This document shows, in pieces, positions 58,396 through 64,000 of a stretch of 64,000 bases of DNA. The DNA lies in assembly GCA_905178155.1 (NCBI GenBank), contig CAJINV010000001.1:15314142-15378141 (forward strand), written 5' to 3'. This DNA is from Amoebophrya sp. A120. Lineage: Eukaryota > Protista > Dinoflagellata. Every line of letters begins with the position of its first letter. The stretch's first letter is position 1. The notes under the pieces were generated by a model. It saw only the letters and a list, made by a program, of their open reading frames with translations. It was not told the origin of the DNA and did no database searches. A program made the translations under genes and the position numbers.

Positions 58396-61300
58396 ATGAT
58401 TATGATCCGTGGTCCGGTTCGTTCTATTCAGTCCGCTCAGTCGTGTTGGGATCTGCTTGGTGCCACTTCGTTGCTAAATTTTGACGAGCTGGCCAAACGC
58501 AATGCTAGACCGCGTCCCGCGTCACTCAGCTTTGGATCGTGGCGTGCAGTGATATTTTTGGTATTTCTTTCGCAGACCCGCCTGCGATGGACCGCGAAGA
58601 TTCCGGATGGAGGACCAGCTATTTACGCAGTCCGTGCACTGCAACGACAAAGTGGGCAGACGCGTATCACAGGAACAGGGAGTAGCAGGCCGGCACCAGG
58701 TGCGGTGTTTTGGAAGAGGACTGGCACAGACGAGGAGCAAGGGGGCGACCAAGAAGAGTCAGCTAGGAACGATGCGAACCGAATACGCCTCGTCAAGGAA
58801 GGCGAGGGCGACAGTAGTATCAGCGATAGCGACACGAGCACGGCGAGCAGCGCCCTTTCGGAAATAGACAACGTTGACGGGCGGAGCGGTCGTAAGCGAG
58901 CAGCAGGACGAGGAAGTAGAGGCGGTGCACCGAGACAGGAAAAGAACGATCGAGGAGCCAAGGACGACAACATCAACAGTGTTGTCGAACTGGCACGCAG
59001 CACACATAGACAAAGAAAAACAGAACTAAGATCGGGGGGGAATGTAGCAGTGAAGACGGAACTTCAGGCAACGAATGATAAAAATCAGCCATACGGTGGT
59101 ATTCCTGAAGGATGCAGGAAAGTAGATAGCAGCACGGGGCGCTGCCGCAGTGAAACTTCCATTTCGCTCGGGGGCGTAGGGCAACAAGTTAGTGACAACC
59201 AGCGTTTCCTGTTCGTAAAGCGGATGATTGGCTCAATGGATAATGGTCGCAAGTTTCGTTACAAGTGCGGTGGCAGCGATGAAGAGATCGACCTTAGCAC
59301 TGGAGAAATGTGGGATCACTTCTTGGTCGAGAAAAAACCGGGAAAGAAATCTTGGGGTGTCTGGACAGGGGGCGGAGAGGTGTACTTTCATGGTTTGCAG
59401 TGCACGAATATTAAGTTCGGTCTCTCTGGGTATTCGAGTCTGGGTTGCTACAAAGCCGATTCCAATGCTCTCGTTGGGAACGTGGAAAAGGAGCCGGTAA
59501 GGCATCGCAGTGTGCGCGAGTGTGCCTTCGAATGCAGGGCCTTCGAGTATTTCGCCCTCAAGGCCGGTAAAGAGTGCTGGTGCACAGACGACAAGGGCTT
59601 CCAAGCGGCGGAGAAGCAGGAGGACACACATTGCGCCTCCGCCTGCCTAGAACCCATGCAGCCAGACGACGGGTGGGATAAGCTGAACAACAATCCGTGT
59701 GGAGGTGACGAGGTATTCAGCTTTTACCAACCTGGTTTTGGAAGCAGCTCCGAACAACTGGATAAGGGCGAGACGTGCACACTGCTGGAGCGCGAGGGTG
59801 AGAAATGTAGGGGTGCCACTTACATCAAGCTGGCAAATGATGCAGAAGGACTCAAGAACGACGCAAATCGGGTCATTGTCCGCAAGGGACAGCAGGGAGT
59901 CGTTGATCCGATGCTGCGGATGATCAACAAAAGAGATCTCGGTAGCCTGGTAAGCGCCGAGCTCCAAAAGGAGCGCGCGGGGAAGAAGATGTTTTGGCAG
60001 TGCGGCGAGTATGCGGACAGCGGATGGACGCATGAGCTGAACCCCCAGTCATGGTTCGATCACATCCAAGTTCGATATTTTTCGGACGGGACGGTGGACC
60101 TGCGCGCGATGCGCTGCGACGATCCAAGGCAGGTTAGCTTCGGTGGGAAGGTCGAAGACAAAAACGAGAAGAGAGTTGTGGCGGGCGGGTACCAATACCT
60201 AGGGTGCTATAATGACCAGGAAAGTCCTCGCGCCATGGAGCGCCTGGTGAGTAAGAAGCGCAGTATCCGCGAGTGCGCCTGGGAGTGCCAAAATTACAAG
60301 TACTTCGGGCTCCAGGCGAGGACCGAGTGCTGGTGCGGCAACGACGAGGAGAGTTTCAAGCAGCACGGTAAGGCGGAGGAAGATCAGTGTCACAGCGGCT
60401 TTGATGAAAACCCACCAGAAAAGTACGCATTTCCTTTCAAGGAAACCCAAGCGAGCGAAAACTGCCTCAACGCCATCGGTTCGTGGTATGATTTCGCGGA
60501 CCGCGGTTTGAATCACTCCTGTGGCGGCGATTTTCGCATGTCCGTGTACAAGCGTGGGATGCATCCTGCCGACCTCGGCGAAGACTGCAAAGAGCTCGAA
60601 GACACCGTCGAGAAGTGCCGGAACGTGCCTTCGATCAAGTTTGGCGGGGTGGAAATTCGCAAGAACACTCAGCGGGTCTTGCGGAAGAATGCGTTGAGGG
60701 ACGTGAACCTGAACAACGATCCAACGCCGGGCATGGACCTCGAAGGCATCGTGCACTGCGTCGGGAACGGCGAAGACGCCAAGCACCGCATCCGCATGCG
60801 GCCTCACGGTTGGTGGGATCACGTTGGCATCACTTTTCTGGACGAGGACGGGGAGATCCGGCTGCGGGCCCTGCAGTGCGAGCGAAAGAACACACCGGGC
60901 TACACGCCGCTGGGCTGCTACAACGCGAAGGACTCCTCCTCGGGTGCGGGGCTGCCAGACACACTCGTTCTTCCCGGAAACCCGCTGCCGTACGCGCCGA
61001 AGCTGTCAATCCGGGAATGCGCGTACGAGTGCAGGGGCAACCCGTTTTTCGCCATGTTGAACGGCGGCGAGTGCCGGTGTGTGGCCGAAAAGGCGTCGTA
61101 CGAAAAGTTAGGACGGGTGGAAGATCCGGCTAAGTGTGCGGTTGAGTGCGAAACAAAAGCCAGGAACAGTAACTGGCACCTGGCGGACCGGAGTTTGGGC
61201 GCCTTTTGCGGCGGGGAAAACGCAAACGCCGTTTTCCACCACGGGTGGCCGGAAGTGGAGGTCGCTGGGTGTGAGCACTACGGCGATGCGGACACCTCGG

Positions 61301-64000
61301 AGATGTGCAGGCAAGAAAATGAGGTCAAGTTTCGGGTCAGTCCCTGCAACGAGCAACCAGGAGACTTGTGCGACACGTGGATTCACAAGGGCTCCACGCG
61401 GTTCTTGTGGCTGGAGACCGATTTGCACGGTATGAAAGCGGACGAGAAGCAGGAACTGTGGTGCGGCGATGGAGTTGAGCGCCCCAGGTTGAATCCGACC
61501 AGCAATGGTATTGGTCTCGGCGCCTCGAAACTTCCGTGGGACAGGCTGCACATCGAGTACACGGCGAATTCCGAGGTGAAATTCAAGGCCTACCAGTGTT
61601 ACAAGCCCGAGGTGCACAGATACCGTCTCGTGGGGTGCTACAAGCGGGACGACAAGACACCTATCGAGGAAACGCTCGTTCGCGGCCGGCGGTCCATTCG
61701 CGAGTGCTCTTTCGAATGCTTTGACCCGAACAAGGGCAATAGCAACGAGTTTGCCCTGCAGAACGGCGGCGACTGCTACTGCGGCCCCCCTGGCAAGAGC
61801 TCGCCGTATACAACGAGCTCGTACGAAAAGGTGGACGACGTGAATTTGTGCAAGAGTGAGACGCGCCCCTGCATCGGGTCCGACAACTACGATCGGGAGG
61901 TAAACAATACCTGTGGATCGTTGCAATATATCTCGGTGTACCAGAAAGGCTGGCCTGCGGGAGATATCCACATGGACGTTCTCGAAGGAACGACTTCCGC
62001 AAAAGAGGACAAGGTGGAAGAAAACAGTCAAGGGAGTAGCCTTCACAAAGCAGTTCTTGGGAGGTGCACCCCGCTGACCGACGCTACGACCAAAGAAGCG
62101 TGTCGCAGTGAGCGGGAGGTGTCGATCGGGGCCAGCAGGGATAATCCGGACAACACGAACTTCTACCTGCGCAAGGGCATGACCCGGTGGGTGACGAAGC
62201 GGCACTTGAAGTCGGGATACGACCCAGAGAAGGACCCGTGGGAGGCCAAGCTGTGGTGCGGAGACGACGAGTTGGGGCCCGTCTTGGATCCCTCACTCTA
62301 CAAAGATATGCGGCACTCGAAGCAGTGGTTCGATCATATCAAGATCGGGTACAGCACTGACTCAGGTAAGGTGGAACTCACTCCGGTTCAGTGCGACCCC
62401 GGCGGCTATAGGCTTTTGGGCTGCTACAAGGACAATGAGGATGACCGAATCTTGTTGGGACTGCAGCCGGCTCTCTCCGTGGGCCCGTACTCTCTGCGCG
62501 AGTGCGCCTTCATTTGCAAAACCGGGAACGTGCAGCAGCGAGCGTTCGACCTCTTCGGGCTGCAGGACGGCAACCGGTGTTTCTGCGGTGTGCGCGAGGA
62601 GCACGACTACACCCGGTTTGGGCCAGTAAGTGGGGAAAACGCGTGCAGCACCGAGTGCATGTACATCGACCCCTACGACCAGTCGGTCGGGAACACCTGT
62701 GGTGGCCACCTTCAAATGTCGGTCTATGAGTTTGGGTGGCCGCTGCAGGAGCTGGGGTCGGAGAGCAACGAGTGCCGCGAGCTGACCGACGGCGCGACAA
62801 TGGAGCGGTGCGCCTCGCGGCTCTGGGTGGCCTTCGGAAACGCTAACGGAAAGCAGGAAGGGAGCAAACGCGGCACAATCAAGTACGCGCGCAAGGAGAT
62901 GAGGCGCACTTTCGTGAAGCGCGAGCTGGGGATGCTCGAGAACGAAGCGGGAGCGGTTCTGTACATGGGCTGCGGCACTGGAACGGGACAAGAAGGAGAA
63001 TTCCACAAAGACGGCCAGCACAACAAAAACGATATCATGAGGGTCCGTATGAACCCGGGAGATAAAGCGGGGGGGTTGAATCCGGCGAATTGGGTGCACT
63101 CGAATGTGTGGTACGACCACGTCATTGTGGACTACAAAACCGGGGGCGGCAAAGTGAACTTCACGCCCCTGCAGTGCGATCCTGGTGGCTACGAATACCT
63201 CGGCTGCTTCCAGGACCAGCGGGAGGATCCAGCAATGGGTGCCGACCATCCCGCCGTCACCAAGCCCCGCAGCGTGCGCGAGTGCGCCCACGACTGCCGG
63301 AAATATCTGCACTTTGCGCTTCGAAACCAGGATGAGTGCATCTGCGGGGGTGGCCTGAAGTCCTCCGCCGCTCCTGCCGCGTCTTCGTCTTTCCTTGACG
63401 AGGCAAGATCAAGAAAGAAGGCCACCATCACACATATGGTGGCAGAGCACGACAACCCAGCATTGGGCCGCGTCAGTCCGGGGCTGAAAAGCGATGACGT
63501 GGAGGATAAGTACGAGGAACCCGACGTTAACCCGCCAAGCTACGCCCGCCACGGGCCGGCCAAGCGGTCGGACTGCAGCAGCCCCTGCCTGGCTTCTGTG
63601 GGCGACGACTATGACCAAAGCGTGGGCAACATGTGCGGAGCCACGGACGGCGACAAAACCGTGACGCGAATCTCGGTGTACAAGTACGGGTGGCCGATGG
63701 CCGGACAGGACGGGTGCCTCAACCTACTGAACGAGACGCAGAAGGAGGGCGGCAGCACGATTTCCGCGGACGAAACCATGGAGCGGTGCCGAGGAGAGTA
63801 TGCCGTGCAGTTCGGCCGCGTGGATTCAGGCGCGGACGAGGAGACGAAAAAGAAAGAAAGGGCCGCGCTCCCCTGGATCCGCAAGGGCATGAAGCGGACG
63901 TTCGTAAAGCGCGAGCTCGGCGGGTTTACCGACGAAGGCTACCTGTTTTGCGGCAACGACGAGCTTCGCATGAAAATGCACCCAGAGATCAAGGGCGCCA
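58396..64000 (+). CDS. Large multi-WSC-domain extracellular repeat protein, 3'-truncated by the window edge
   Basis: Frame-1 ORF apparently open to the end (absent from the ORF track); six [GR]Y.xxGC[YF]...S[VIL]REC...C...F.L..G.[ED]C.C units near 59428, 60187, 60898, 61618, 62404 and 63187. Confidence 0.85.
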   Translation, partial: MIMIRGPVRSIQSAQSCWDLLGATSLLNFDELAKRNARPRPASLSFGSWRAVIFLVFLSQTRLRWTAKIPDGGPAIYAVRALQRQSGQTRITGTGSSRPAPGAVFWKRTGTDEEQGGDQEESARNDANRIRLVKEGEGDSSISDSDTSTASSALSEIDNVDGRSGRKRAAGRGSRGGAPRQEKNDRGAKDDNINSVVELARSTHRQRKTELRSGGNVAVKTELQATNDKNQPYGGIPEGCRKVDSSTGRCRSETSISLGGVGQQVSDNQRFLFVKRMIGSMDNGRKFRYKCGGSDEEIDLSTGEMWDHFLVEKKPGKKSWGVWTGGGEVYFHGLQCTNIKFGLSGYSSLGCYKADSNALVGNVEKEPVRHRSVRECAFECRAFEYFALKAGKECWCTDDKGFQAAEKQEDTHCASACLEPMQPDDGWDKLNNNPCGGDEVFSFYQPGFGSSSEQLDKGETCTLLEREGEKCRGATYIKLANDAEGLKNDANRVIVRKGQQGVVDPMLRMINKRDLGSLVSAELQKERAGKKMFWQCGEYADSGWTHELNPQSWFDHIQVRYFSDGTVDLRAMRCDDPRQVSFGGKVEDKNEKRVVAGGYQYLGCYNDQESPRAMERLVSKKRSIRECAWECQNYKYFGLQARTECWCGNDEESFKQHGKAEEDQCHSGFDENPPEKYAFPFKETQASENCLNAIGSWYDFADRGLNHSCGGDFRMSVYKRGMHPADLGEDCKELEDTVEKCRNVPSIKFGGVEIRKNTQRVLRKNALRDVNLNNDPTPGMDLEGIVHCVGNGEDAKHRIRMRPHGWWDHVGITFLDEDGEIRLRALQCERKNTPGYTPLGCYNAKDSSSGAGLPDTLVLPGNPLPYAPKLSIRECAYECRGNPFFAMLNGGECRCVAEKASYEKLGRVEDPAKCAVECETKARNSNWHLADRSLGAFCGGENANAVFHHGWPEVEVAGCEHYGDADTSEMCRQENEVKFRVSPCNEQPGDLCDTWIHKGSTRFLWLETDLHGMKADEKQELWCGDGVERPRLNPTSNGIGLGASKLPWDRLHIEYTANSEVKFKAYQCYKPEVHRYRLVGCYKRDDKTPIEETLVRGRRSIRECSFECFDPNKGNSNEFALQNGGDCYCGPPGKSSPYTTSSYEKVDDVNLCKSETRPCIGSDNYDREVNNTCGSLQYISVYQKGWPAGDIHMDVLEGTTSAKEDKVEENSQGSSLHKAVLGRCTPLTDATTKEACRSEREVSIGASRDNPDNTNFYLRKGMTRWVTKRHLKSGYDPEKDPWEAKLWCGDDELGPVLDPSLYKDMRHSKQWFDHIKIGYSTDSGKVELTPVQCDPGGYRLLGCYKDNEDDRILLGLQPALSVGPYSLRECAFICKTGNVQQRAFDLFGLQDGNRCFCGVREEHDYTRFGPVSGENACSTECMYIDPYDQSVGNTCGGHLQMSVYEFGWPLQELGSESNECRELTDGATMERCASRLWVAFGNANGKQEGSKRGTIKYARKEMRRTFVKRELGMLENEAGAVLYMGCGTGTGQEGEFHKDGQHNKNDIMRVRMNPGDKAGGLNPANWVHSNVWYDHVIVDYKTGGGKVNFTPLQCDPGGYEYLGCFQDQREDPAMGADHPAVTKPRSVRECAHDCRKYLHFALRNQDECICGGGLKSSAAPAASSSFLDEARSRKKATITHMVAEHDNPALGRVSPGLKSDDVEDKYEEPDVNPPSYARHGPAKRSDCSSPCLASVGDDYDQSVGNMCGATDGDKTVTRISVYKYGWPMAGQDGCLNLLNETQKEGGSTISADETMERCRGEYAVQFGRVDSGADEETKKKERAALPWIRKGMKRTFVKRELGGFTDEGYLFCGNDELRMKMHPEIKGA

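Overview
Eukaryotic, gene-dense protist DNA, most consistent with a parasitic Syndiniales dinoflagellate such as Amoebophrya. This is an inference from about 15 host genes all on the + strand and abundant non-canonical introns with inverted and direct repeats. The main system is a set of at least 13 intron-forming, MITE-like elements (introners) in at least 6 sequence families. They share one architecture: a 5-bp target-site duplication (TSD), termini TAT...ATA and imperfect terminal inverted repeats (TIRs). They sit inside coding sequence, and removing them restores the reading frame. Three families occur in BOTH orientations within + strand genes. The symmetric T...A ends plus one TSD base on each side give NT...AN introns: GT-AG only when the TSD begins and ends in G, always in frame, and adding one codon. 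One introner hosts a full-length degenerate Ty1/copia retrotransposon (16509-24699). That copia carries a 1.1-kb foldback TIR element in gag and a 1.16-kb insertion between RT and RNase H that reads GT-AG on the copia sense strand. Host genes include an FkbM methyltransferase, an RlmL/THUMP-like methylase, Mdm35/TRIAP1, an RRM+LOTUS-like protein and a ~4800-aa sacsin-like protein with internal U-box and KH-like domains. There are also a DDCDCILD-repeat surface protein, a multi-WSC repeat protein and several unknown genes. All splice models are inferred from DNA only.
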